Part shown: piece by piece, positions 18,737 through 29,041 of the stretch
Layout: each line of letters opens with the position of its first letter
Numbering within the stretch: position 1 is the stretch's first letter
Assembly (NCBI GenBank): GCA_963817955.1
Contig: CAWFQK010000009.1
Coordinates: forward strand, 32,001-96,000
From: an uncultured Gemmatimonadaceae bacterium
GTDB taxonomy: Bacteria; Gemmatimonadota; Gemmatimonadetes; Gemmatimonadales; Gemmatimonadaceae
Length of the DNA: 64,000 nucleotides
Direction of reading: 5' to 3'
Notes under the pieces: model-generated
Seen by the model: only the letters and a program-made list of their open reading frames with translations
The model's database searches: none
Told to the model about the DNA's origin: nothing
Translations under genes and position numbers: made by a program

Positions 18737-19285
18737 TCATGTCGCCACTTCCCGGTGGAGTCGCTCCGCCAGCGCAAGCAGTTCTGCGTGGGTCGTGACG
18801 TCCATTTCCTCCACCTGCGCGAACGCCGCAATGACGTCGCCGTGCGCAGGCTCGGGGATCAGCTCGCTCGCCATAGGGAACAGCATCTCGTCCTCCTTGG
18901 CGATGTGGTCGCGAAGCAGTGCCGCGTAACTACGGGCGGCCGCTATGATGCGGCCGCTCGCGCGAGTGTCGCCCGCGTCCAGCTGCCTGGCAGCCTCGCG
19001 GAGCTGACGGACGTACGCCCGGCCCTGTTCGTGTTCCTCCAACATCATCTCGATCGCGCCGCCCCGCTCCGGGGCACCGTGCCGAGTCATCGTGGGGAAC
19101 AGGACTCCCTCCTCCTTCCGATGATGCGAGCCATCGGCGAAGCGGGCAGCGAAGTCCGCGGCATCGAGAAAGAAGCGCGCCGGCACGGCCTCGCCGCGCG
19201 CGAGCCGCGCGGCGCCGGCGTCAAGCGCATCGAGCACCTGCTCGATGACGCGGTGTTCCTGCAAGAGTACGTCGATGGCTTCCAC
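18737..19285 (-). CDS. Hemerythrin domain protein
   Basis: EHRVI, HHRKEEGVLFP, EHEQGR, HIAKEDEMLFP. Confidence 0.92.
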   Translation of the reverse strand: MEAIDVLLQEHRVIEQVLDALDAGAARLARGEAVPARFFLDAADFAARFADGSHHRKEEGVLFPTMTRHGAPERGGAIEMMLEEHEQGRAYVRQLREAARQLDAGDTRASGRIIAAARSYAALLRDHIAKEDEMLFPMASELIPEPAHGDVIAAFAQVEEMDVTTHAELLALAERLHREVAT

Positions 19286-19303
19286 GCGGTCCTCCCGCTT
19301 CCG

Positions 19304-20383
19304 TCAGGTGGGCGTGAGCACAACTCGCTTTGCGAGCTGTCCATGATGCGCGTCGTCGAAGACCTCATTGATGCGCGAGAGCGGGTGGCGCTCGACGAAT
19401 TGCTTCACGTGAATGCGTCCGTTGGCGATCCATTCCAACAGCTCGGGATAGATGAGTGGGTCGGCCCCCCAGTTGCCGCGTGCCTCGGCGTCGTACGCCA
19501 TGAGGTTCGAGAGACACAGTTCGACTCGTTCGGCGGTATAGCCGACCACCGACAGCACGGCGCCGAAGCCTAGCAGGGCGTATGCCGTTTCCTGGCCGGC
19601 GCGCGTGCCTGAGGTCTCGAAGATCTTCCAGCAGTGCGGTGGCGCACCCAGTGCATTTGCCAGATCTCGCACGGCCTTGCGCGTGTCCTTCACGCTCATG
19701 CCATGAACGTCGATGCCGCCCTGCGCGCCGGCGGCACGTGCCTGCTCGAGCTTTGCGGCGCTCACGTCTACCGCGGCGACGATGGCACCGGCCGCGGCCG
19801 CGATCTGCACGCCGTGCACACCAATGCCGCCCGCACCGACGAATACGGCGAAGTCGCCGGCTTCGAGGCCGGAGCGCTTCACCGCCTGGAAGGGTGTCGA
19901 TATGGCATCGGAGACCACGGCGAGCTCCCACAAGTCGTGGCTGGCAAGGAGCGCGGAAGGCACAGGGCAGAGATAGCGCGCGGGGACGACAACGTGCGAC
20001 GCGAATCCGCCGTGGCGGTCGTTGCCCGGCATGACCTGGTTACGGCAGATTGCGCGGCGGCCTGCGCGGCAGAGATCACACTCGCCGCACGGCAAAACCG
20101 CTGGCACGATGACGGCCTGGCCGATGAGCCCCGCATCGACGCCCGCGCCGATTTCGCGGACCCACCCACTGATTTCGTGGCCAAGGACGAGCGGCAACGC
20201 AGACCGAGTCTTCACGCCCTGCATGAGGAAGGAGACGTCGGTGTGACAGACGCCGCAGCCGGCGACCTCCACGACCGCTTCGCCCGGCTCGGGCTTCCGA
20301 TTGGGGAGCGGACGGTGCTCCAGGCGCGCGCCGGGCGCGGTCATGAACCAAGCGTTCCACTCGGAACCCGCTACGTGCGTCAT
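19304..20383 (-). CDS. had: 6-hydroxycyclohex-1-ene-1-carbonyl-CoA dehydrogenase (Zn-ADH family)
   Basis: GCGVCHTD, LGHEISG, CGECDLC..C, QVMPGND, LSNLMAYDA..RGNWG; cluster context. Confidence 0.88.
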   Translation of the reverse strand: MTHVAGSEWNAWFMTAPGARLEHRPLPNRKPEPGEAVVEVAGCGVCHTDVSFLMQGVKTRSALPLVLGHEISGWVREIGAGVDAGLIGQAVIVPAVLPCGECDLCRAGRRAICRNQVMPGNDRHGGFASHVVVPARYLCPVPSALLASHDLWELAVVSDAISTPFQAVKRSGLEAGDFAVFVGAGGIGVHGVQIAAAAGAIVAAVDVSAAKLEQARAAGAQGGIDVHGMSVKDTRKAVRDLANALGAPPHCWKIFETSGTRAGQETAYALLGFGAVLSVVGYTAERVELCLSNLMAYDAEARGNWGADPLIYPELLEWIANGRIHVKQFVERHPLSRINEVFDDAHHGQLAKRVVLTPT

Positions 20384-20387
20384 TGTG

Positions 20388-22277
20388 TCATTCTCCTGTG
20401 CTGGCGACGCCATTGGCGTCGTCAAAGATGAAGGCCCCGCACTCATGGCACTGCGCGAGCGTGCGATCTCGTCCGGCGAAACAGGGGCGGTGGTCGTCCG
20501 CCAGGCGCAGCACTTTGCGCAGGAAGCGGCACTCGCACGCGGCGCTCGGCTCGTACACGGCATCGACGTAGCCGTGGGCGCGCTCGAGCACTGTGCGTAC
20601 GCGCACTTTGAGCGACGGCGTCAGCTCGCCGTCCTCGATCGACAGCTCGGAGCTGATGACGACGAAGGCGTTGACGCGCTCGTACTTCACGGCATGCGAC
20701 CGGTTGAACTCGAGGATGGTGTCGCGCAGCGACGCCTTCACCTCGCGTTCGGCGGCTGCGCGATCGGTGCCGAACTCCTCGGCGATACGGAAATAGTCGG
20801 GGAACACGAGTGCGGCGACGAAGTCACGGCCGTCGCCGGTGATGATCACGTGCCGGATGTACTTGTTCATTCCGGCGAGGCGGTTCTCGATGTCCGTCGG
20901 GACGACCTTCTCCGCGTTGAGCATTTTGAACACACGGTCCTTCCTGCCGACAAGCCGGAGCCCGTCGCCAGAGAGCTCGCCGAGGTCCCCGGTGTGGAAC
21001 CACCCATCCCCGGGAAGAGCACGCGTCGTCGCCGTCTGGTCCATGTAGTAGCCGGCCATGACGTTCAGACCGCGGATGAGAATCTCGCCGTCGGGTGCGA
21101 TGCGGACGCTGACGCCGGGAATGGGATAGCCAACCATGCCCGGCACCGCTCTGGCCTCGGCGGGATCGGTGAGTGTGCAGCAGGGCGAGGTCTCCGTGAG
21201 GCCCCACCCTTCGACGACGGCAACTCCCTTGGACGCGAAAAATTGCGACAGGTTCGCGGGGAGCGGCGCCGCCGCTGTGAATACGAAGCGTAGATCGGGA
21301 TGGAAGATCGACGCGTCGTCTTCCGGATGCGCTTGCGCGTGGGCCACGAGTTGCTGGTAGACCTTCGGCACGCTGAAGTAGATCGTGGGGCGCGTCTCGA
21401 TCCAGTTGCGGAGCAGGGCAGCAAAGTCGCGGCCCAGGGAATCGTCGATATAGATGGTCGCGCCATTATGCAGCGCGGTGTACTTCTCGAAGATCCCGCC
21501 GAAGCTGTGGTGCCAGGGGAGATACGATAGGAAACGGTCGTTCGACGTGACGTCCCACAGCGCCGCGAGGGCACGCCGCTGCGAGAGAATGTTGTCGTGG
21601 GTGAGGAGCACCCCTTTGAGAGCGCCGCTGGTGCCTGACGTGTACATCATGAGGCAGGGCGCATCAACGTCGATCGCGCATGACTGAGCGATGAACTCGC
21701 GGCGCGTGACGTCGCTGGGCCGCAAACGACGCACGACCTCATTGAAGGCGAAGCGGCCGTGCTGCGCCTCCGGCGTACTGTCGAAGGTCAACACCGCCTT
21801 CGCCGACGCTGGAATCTTGATGCGGTCCGCGTTCGCCGCATCGGCGAAGATCACGATGCTCGGCGCCGCGTGCTCGAGGAGCTCCGCGGTCTGCTCCGGC
21901 GAGTACCCGGCGAAGAGCGGGACGTACACGGCACCAAGTGCCATCGTACCAAATTCCGCCGTCAACATCGCCGACCGGTTCCGCGAGACGACCGCTACGC
22001 GGTCGCCTGGGACGGTGCCTTGCTCCATGAGAAAGCAGCGGAAGGCGCAGGCGTCGTCCAGCAGTTGGACCCACGACGTTGCCCGGTATGCGCCGTCGCG
22101 CCGCTCGCAACATACGGCGAGATCACCGAAACGTGCCGCATTACGGGCCAGCAGCGCGCCAACGCTCTCGCGCTCTCCATGGGGAGCCAGCGAGCATGTC
22201 AGCGTGTCGTCCTGACGCACCGACGCTCGCGCGTGATTCAACGGGAGCCGCCTGGAAAGCTGCTCGTCAGATTTCAT
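20388..22277 (-). CDS. AMP-dependent acyl-CoA ligase (long-chain FACS-like) with Cys-rich C-terminal extension
   Basis: YTSGTSG, EGWGLTET, WFHTGDLG, GELTPSLKV. Confidence 0.9.
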   Translation of the reverse strand: MKSDEQLSRRLPLNHARASVRQDDTLTCSLAPHGERESVGALLARNAARFGDLAVCCERRDGAYRATSWVQLLDDACAFRCFLMEQGTVPGDRVAVVSRNRSAMLTAEFGTMALGAVYVPLFAGYSPEQTAELLEHAAPSIVIFADAANADRIKIPASAKAVLTFDSTPEAQHGRFAFNEVVRRLRPSDVTRREFIAQSCAIDVDAPCLMMYTSGTSGALKGVLLTHDNILSQRRALAALWDVTSNDRFLSYLPWHHSFGGIFEKYTALHNGATIYIDDSLGRDFAALLRNWIETRPTIYFSVPKVYQQLVAHAQAHPEDDASIFHPDLRFVFTAAAPLPANLSQFFASKGVAVVEGWGLTETSPCCTLTDPAEARAVPGMVGYPIPGVSVRIAPDGEILIRGLNVMAGYYMDQTATTRALPGDGWFHTGDLGELSGDGLRLVGRKDRVFKMLNAEKVVPTDIENRLAGMNKYIRHVIITGDGRDFVAALVFPDYFRIAEEFGTDRAAAEREVKASLRDTILEFNRSHAVKYERVNAFVVISSELSIEDGELTPSLKVRVRTVLERAHGYVDAVYEPSAACECRFLRKVLRLADDHRPCFAGRDRTLAQCHECGAFIFDDANGVASTGE

Positions 22278-23109
22278 GAGCGGCGCTCTCGGCTGTGGTC
22301 ATCATTGGGTGGGGTTTGGTGGCTGCCGGGCCGACGGATGAGGCTCCGTCCCGCGCGGCGAGTGCCGCGCCAAACGCGCCCATCTCCTGTGGGTGCGGCG
22401 GCACGACGATGTCTACATGCAGTTCGCGGGCGAGCAGCGTCACCATGGTCGGGTGATGTGCAATGACACCGCCCGTGGCGACGACGCGGCCTTGCAGCAC
22501 GTCCATGGCGACGATGCGCTTCACGAGCGAGCGATACGCGGCCATGGCGAGATCGGCCGGGCGCTTGCCGCTGCGAATGAGCGTGAGCAACTCGGTTCCG
22601 GCAAACACCGTGCAGAAGCTCGACAACTCCAGGTCCTCTCGCGTTTCGGCGGTGAGCGCGTCCATGTCCTCGATGGGGACGCCGAGACGCAGCGCGATTT
22701 CATCAAGAAAGCTCCCGGTCCCGGCGGCGCACTTGCGATTCATGCGGTGCGAAACGCGCTGGCCTCCAACGTCGAGGCGAATGACCTTGGCATCTTGTCC
22801 ACCGATGTCGATGACGGTCAACGGTCCGGGAACGTAGAAGGCGGCGCCGCGTGCGTGGCAATCGAGCTCGGTTCTGGAGCCATGCGCAAACGGCACACTC
22901 TGCCGCCCGAAACCGGTGGACCACACAGCGTGGATGTCGCCGCACGCGCACCCTGCGCGCGCGAGGGCATCGGCGTACGCGCGTTCGGCCGCTCCGGCGA
23001 GATCGGCACCGGACCGCACGACAGACGTGCCGAGCACTCGTGCATCGCTGTCGATGATGACAGCCTTGGTGTTCCATGAGCCGCTATCGATTCCCGCATA
23101 CTGCATCAT
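22267..23109 (-). CDS. ATP-dependent acyl-CoA dehydratase activase (HgdC/BcrAD family)
   Basis: GIDSGSWNTK, STGFGR, DIGGQDAK, KCAAGTGSFL, SSFCTVF. Confidence 0.9.
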   Translation of the reverse strand: MMQYAGIDSGSWNTKAVIIDSDARVLGTSVVRSGADLAGAAERAYADALARAGCACGDIHAVWSTGFGRQSVPFAHGSRTELDCHARGAAFYVPGPLTVIDIGGQDAKVIRLDVGGQRVSHRMNRKCAAGTGSFLDEIALRLGVPIEDMDALTAETREDLELSSFCTVFAGTELLTLIRSGKRPADLAMAAYRSLVKRIVAMDVLQGRVVATGGVIAHHPTMVTLLARELHVDIVVPPHPQEMGAFGAALAARDGASSVGPAATKPHPMMTTAESAAHEI

Positions 23110-24347
23110 GCGCTGCTACCCCGATTGGCGATCTTCGCATCGGCGAGCTGCTCGACAAATCCCTCCATGTTCGTGCGCGTCTGCTCATCGGACACGCAGC
23201 GAAGATCGTTCACGTCACCATCCAGGATGAGCGATGGGATGCCGATGCGCTCGGTGAGACGGGCGGGCATGCCGTAGCGGCTGTTCGTGTTGTTCGGGCA
23301 GGTACGGCAGTCATGGTAGATGATACCGTCGACGTGATACAACTCGGCCATGCGCGCGATATAGTCTTCCTTCGCCTGCTCCGACCGGACGATGAACAGC
23401 TCCAGCGAGGCGCGCGCCATCGACTGGATGGGATTTGCGGGATCGAGTGCGGAGAAGATCCAGCTATTGCAATAGGTGGAGGCGACGACCGCGCTGCGAA
23501 ACTCGGCGAACAATGTGGATAGCGCGCGCAGCCGGCCCCAGATCGGCATGCCGTCCCAGAACAGGCGAAACGTTTCACCCTCGACGGCCGCGGCGTTCTG
23601 TTGCGCGCGCGTTTCCAGTTCGGCGAGCAGGACGCGGTAATACGCGCACGCCTCTTCGGCGCCCCTCAGCACGACGGCTGGGCCCATGTGGATGGTGCCG
23701 TCGAAGAACGTGAGTGGCGCTGGCTCATGCGCTGCCGTACGAAGGCACAGCTCCCACAGGTCCGAGCAGTCACGCGAATGGCGCACCGCGGCTTCGAGCC
23801 GCTGCGAATCCAGCCGCGTGCCGGCCACGGCTTCGAGCGTCGGCACGAGGCGCTCGATCTGCTTGGCGATGGCGTCCACGTCGTCCTGTGTGACGACTTC
23901 AAGCGAACGAGGCGAGCGAATGCCGACGACCGGTACGTTCCATGTACGCCCGTACCACTCGAACCAGTCGCGCACGTCGCGGCACTGGTTGGTATTGAAC
24001 ACGAGCACGTCTGGTCGCGGCGTGCCTGCAAGACCGTACGCTGTCAGCGGTGACTCGCCGGCGAGATATGCGCCGACGTCGCTCGTCAGATACGAGCAGA
24101 TTTCCTGCGAGTAGCCGTGCGCGTGCGCGAGCGGCATGTATCGGTTGGCCGTACGTGCCGCGCCGAGCATGGCCGCGTGGTTCTCTGGAAAGAACACGCG
24201 GAAGCCCAGGGCGCGCAGCAGTTCGGCGGGGCCGACGCTCGTGCACCAGGCGACCGGCGCGGTTCGCCGTTCCGCGGCGTCACCGAGGTCGCGAAAGTAC
24301 GCGTCCATCGTTGCTTTGAGCGTGGCGGCCGATGCGAGCGTAGTCAT
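23106..24347 (-). CDS. 2-hydroxyacyl-CoA dehydratase subunit (HgdA/B, FldB/C family)
   Basis: FPENHAA, EICSY, NTNQC, HDCRTC; cluster Cys intact. Confidence 0.9.
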   Translation of the reverse strand: MTTLASAATLKATMDAYFRDLGDAAERRTAPVAWCTSVGPAELLRALGFRVFFPENHAAMLGAARTANRYMPLAHAHGYSQEICSYLTSDVGAYLAGESPLTAYGLAGTPRPDVLVFNTNQCRDVRDWFEWYGRTWNVPVVGIRSPRSLEVVTQDDVDAIAKQIERLVPTLEAVAGTRLDSQRLEAAVRHSRDCSDLWELCLRTAAHEPAPLTFFDGTIHMGPAVVLRGAEEACAYYRVLLAELETRAQQNAAAVEGETFRLFWDGMPIWGRLRALSTLFAEFRSAVVASTYCNSWIFSALDPANPIQSMARASLELFIVRSEQAKEDYIARMAELYHVDGIIYHDCRTCPNNTNSRYGMPARLTERIGIPSLILDGDVNDLRCVSDEQTRTNMEGFVEQLADAKIANRGSSA

Positions 24348-25138
24348 GACGGCTCTCCAGCACGCAGCGTCATGAGCGCGGCCCCGACCGCGGCCGTGTA
24401 GATCGGCTCTTGCACGGCGTGCACGGGAATGCCGGCCAGTGATTCCAGGGCTTGCAGCACGCCCGGGAAGAACTCGACGACGCCGCCGCAGACATACAGT
24501 GGCTCGCAGAACCCGCCGATCTCGACAATGCGCTCGGCGACCGACCGCATGCAGCCGAGCGCGACCTCTTCTCTCGTCGCGCCGTCGCGCAGTCGTTCGA
24601 GCACCTCGGTCGCCGAGAAGACAGAGCAGTAGCTGCTGACGGTGACGGAATGTTCGGCGGCGGCGGCGAGCTCCTGGAGCCGCGTCGGCGGCACATCGAG
24701 GTGGCGCGCAGTGAACATGAGAAAACTGCCGATGCCCAGCGCGCAGCGCCGCACGCCGCGCGCATCCGTGCGGCGGCCGAGGTCATCGACGCGGATCACA
24801 TGCGGATCGCGTCCGCCGATGTCCACGAGCGTCATGGAGTGCGAGACGTGCTGGAAGGCGCCGAGTGCGTGACAGGCCCCGTTGCTGGCGCGCAGCGTTG
24901 CGTCGGCAACGCAGTCCATACCGAATCCAGTCGCGCCGATCGCATCGATCGCGTCTGCGTCGAGCTGTGCATCCTCGAGGGCCGCGGCCAGCGCCTCAAA
25001 GGCGCACGCCTGGAAATATCCGCGGATCGGCGTCACGGCGCGTCCGAGCACGCGCCCGTCCTCGCTCGCCACGACGGCTTTGACGCACTCCGTTCCGACG
25101 TCGATGCCGGCAGCGATTCTCATCCGATGATCGGGCAT
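24344..25138 (-). CDS. Second acyl-CoA dehydratase activase subunit
   Basis: GIDVGTECVK, ATGFG, DIGGRD, RCALGIGSFL, SSYCSVF. Confidence 0.85.
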   Translation of the reverse strand: MPDHRMRIAAGIDVGTECVKAVVASEDGRVLGRAVTPIRGYFQACAFEALAAALEDAQLDADAIDAIGATGFGMDCVADATLRASNGACHALGAFQHVSHSMTLVDIGGRDPHVIRVDDLGRRTDARGVRRCALGIGSFLMFTARHLDVPPTRLQELAAAAEHSVTVSSYCSVFSATEVLERLRDGATREEVALGCMRSVAERIVEIGGFCEPLYVCGGVVEFFPGVLQALESLAGIPVHAVQEPIYTAAVGAALMTLRAGEPS

Positions 25139-25157
25139 GCGTATCGCTCCTGTCGCC

Positions 25158-27448
25158 TCAGTACGCCACGAGGCGGTCGGTGAAGAGCTCACGGTGCTCC
25201 TCGATGAAATCCGCAAGCTGGCGCTCGAGCCGCTCGGCGGAAAAGAGACGGGCGTCGTGCGCGTCGGCCTCGAGGACGAGTGTCGGAATGTCCGTGAGCC
25301 GTTGGCCGCGTGCGCCAAGACCGTAACCCAAATGACTTGCCTCATGCGACGTGCGGCAATGATGAAGCACGATCGCGTTGACGCCGTATTCCTCCAGCCG
25401 CGAATCCACCGACGCGTTCCGGTAAGCTTCCGAGCGATTGCCGGAGACTCCGGCGTAGGCGGCCCCCATGCTCGAGAGTGGATCGCGACCGTCGAGTGCC
25501 GTGAGCGCAAAGGTGCTCGCGTACGTGGACGCGACGATCGCTACGCCGCGGGCGGCAAAAATGTCGGCCAGGGTGTGGCGTGCGCACCAGACGGGCGGAC
25601 CTTCCCAGTACACGCGATGTGTCTGGTTGGGAACAGCGGCGATGCCGCGAGCCATCCGATCCTCGAGCTCCGAGGCGAGCAGGCGATAGTAATCGACCGC
25701 TGCGCGCGTTCCGCGGAGCAGCACCAGCGGTGCCAGGTGAACCTGCGCGTCGAAGAATGTCAGCGGTGCCGGATTCGTGCGCGCCATGCCGAGGATATGC
25801 GCCCACAACAGGGAGGCTTCGGCGCTCGCGCTCACGACCTCGGAGAGGCGGCTCATCTCGAGCGAGCGTCCCGTGACTGTCTCCAGGCGCTCGATCAGCC
25901 GAGCCAATTGTGCCGTTGCCCCATCGATGTCTGTTCGCTCCAGCACGTGTGAGCCCGGGCGGGAAATGCAGGCCCACAGTCGGCACATGAAAATGCGAAC
26001 CATAGAACTCGAACCAGGGCTGCAACTCGTGGCCGGTGTTCGTGCTGTACACGACCACGTCCGGCCGCGGTGGGCCAGCAATGCCGTGCGTGGCGACGAG
26101 CGGGCTGGTGCCTGCCAGCAGCGCCCCGATATCCGAGCGCATGGCCGAACTGACGAACGGCGAGTACCCCTCGGCGGCGGCACGGGCCAGCGCGGCGTGC
26201 GACTGCCCGGTCATGCTGATCAGCGCCGCATGATGCTCGGGCAAGTAGGGCGTGACATCGAGCGCGCGGAGGATCTCCACCGGAGCGAGCGACGAGCACG
26301 CAGCCACTGTACGCAGCGGATCGGCCGCCGCGGCCGCCAGATCGACGTAGTACTCGTGGACGATCTCCTTCAGTTTGCGCGTACTCTCGAGGGGCGGAAC
26401 TGTACGGCCCGCCATCGGACGCCGGTGACCAGTGTGCCGTCCCGTCGCACTCGCGACCGGTGGTCCGCCAGTCGCGCGATGCTCCACGATTCCCAGTTGC
26501 TGAACCACCTGCTCCTTCTGGAGGAAGGTGTTCCGCTCGCGCGAATGAATGAAGTGCGTGATTGCCGCATTGTGTGGCGCCTGCATTCCCAGCCGCGTGG
26601 CTTCAGCCACGACGGCGCCGTTCAGCGCGTCGACCTCGGTCCGCTTACCGCGCGACAGGTCCTGCCACATGGAAGGGCGATTCTTGCCGAGGGAGCGCAA
26701 CGAACTGATCACCGGGCGGAAGGGATCTTCCTCGTCGACGATCGGAATGCCTTTGGCGCGCATCACGGCGATGATTTCCTCACAGAGCGCGCGCATGAAC
26801 GCCATGAGGTCCGGATCGCCGAGCATTTCGCGGCAGGTGAGACCCGTGAGCGCCGACGTGGGATTCACGACCGCGTTGTGGAGAAGCTTCTGCCAGATCG
26901 CGTGCTCCACATTGTCAACGAGGTCAGTGTTCAGGCCCGCCCGATTGAAGATCTCGGCGACAGCCTCCGTGACAGGGGAGCGCTCACCAACGAACGGGGC
27001 GATCTGAATGGGCTTGATGCCCGTGCGGTAGTTCAGACGGCGCGGACCGGCGTGCTGGATGCTGTGATACGTGATGCCGCAGAGCACGCGCCCCGGAGCG
27101 ACGAGCGACGCCAGCTTCTGCGCGTTGCCAACGCCGTTCTGGAGCGAGAGAAACAGCGTCTTGTCTGAGCACGCTGGCAGTATGGCGCGGACGGCACTCT
27201 CCGTCTCATAACCCTTCACGGCCACGAAGACGAGATCGAGATCCGATAGCTCATCGACGCTCGAGACGACGTTCAGCGGAACGCATACCTCTTCTTCGCC
27301 GACGCGGGAGATGAGGAGGCCGTCCTGCCGCAGGAGATGTGCGCGTGCCGCGTTCACCTCGAGCAGCACGACGTCCTCGCCAGCTCGCGTCAGTTGCGCG
27401 CCGACGAGTCCGCCCAGCGCGCCGGCTCCGACGAATGAGTATTCGCAT
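25158..27448 (-). CDS. PanE/ApbA-family 2-oxoacid reductase fused to a 2-hydroxyacyl-CoA dehydratase-like subunit (indels near the start and at ~25950)
   Basis: VGAGALGG, VAVKGY, SLQNGVG, WQKLLHNAVVNP, PSMWQD...TEVDALNG, then in frame LPEHHAA...WEGPPVW...LVLEAD, paralogous to 23106-24347. Confidence 0.8.
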
Positions 27449-27476
27449 TTCGGGCCCCCTCCGACCGCCACGTGGC

Positions 27477-28264
27477 TCATTTATTACTCCAGACCGGCCG
27501 TCGCTTTTCGAAGAAAGCTGCGATGCCCTCGCGCACGTCGTCGGTCTGCATCAGTTCCTCGAGGAACACTCGCTCTGCCTCCTCTCGGGCCTCGCCGAAC
27601 GGCCGGTGCAAGAGCGCACGGGTCAGGCGCACGTTCATCCGCATCACGGCCGCACTCGACGCGGCGCAGGTCGGCCAGCACCTCGTCGAGCGCGCCGGCG
27701 AGCGCCTCCGGTGCGACGACGCGCGAGACCAATCCCAAGGCGCACATTTCATCCGCGGAGTACACGCGTCCGCGCGCCGTGACCTCGATCGCTCGGCCGA
27801 CACCGATGCGCGCGGGCGAGCCAGGCGACACCGACCGGCGCAAAGAAGCCGAGCCGGATCTCCGGTTGCCCGAAGGTGGCACGGTTGCTGGCGAGCAGGA
27901 TGTCCGCCATCATGGCGAGCTCGAACCCCGCACCGAGCGCCGCGCCATCGACCGCGACCACGATCGGCAGCTCGCTCTCGCCAAGCGCGGCAAAGAGGCG
28001 GCTGAAGGCTCGCGATCATTGCGGGCGCGTTCTCAGGCCGATGTTCGCCGACGTCGGCGCCCGCCGAGAAGGCGCGTCCCTCCGCTTGCAGCACGAATGC
28101 CTTGAGCGACGGCTCGCGTCCGGCGGCGTTCGACCGCGGTGGCGAGCTCGCAGCATTACCTCCGCCGTCGACAATATTCACCGGCGGCGCGCAGAGCGTG
28201 ACGAACGCCACGTCGTCTTGCGTGGCGTAGCGCACCAAATTCGTTACTTCTGTGCTGCTGGCAT
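27477..28264 (-). CDS. dch: Cyclohexa-1,5-diene-1-carbonyl-CoA hydratase-like crotonase (frameshifted)
   Basis: PPVNI, AFSAGADVGEH, ALGAGFEL, FGQPEIRLGFFAP, ERVFLEELMQTDDVREGIAAF across frames. Confidence 0.75.
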
Positions 28265-28276
28265 GCCGCTCTCCGG

Positions 28277-29039
<763 letters not shown>

Positions 29040-29041
29040 CG

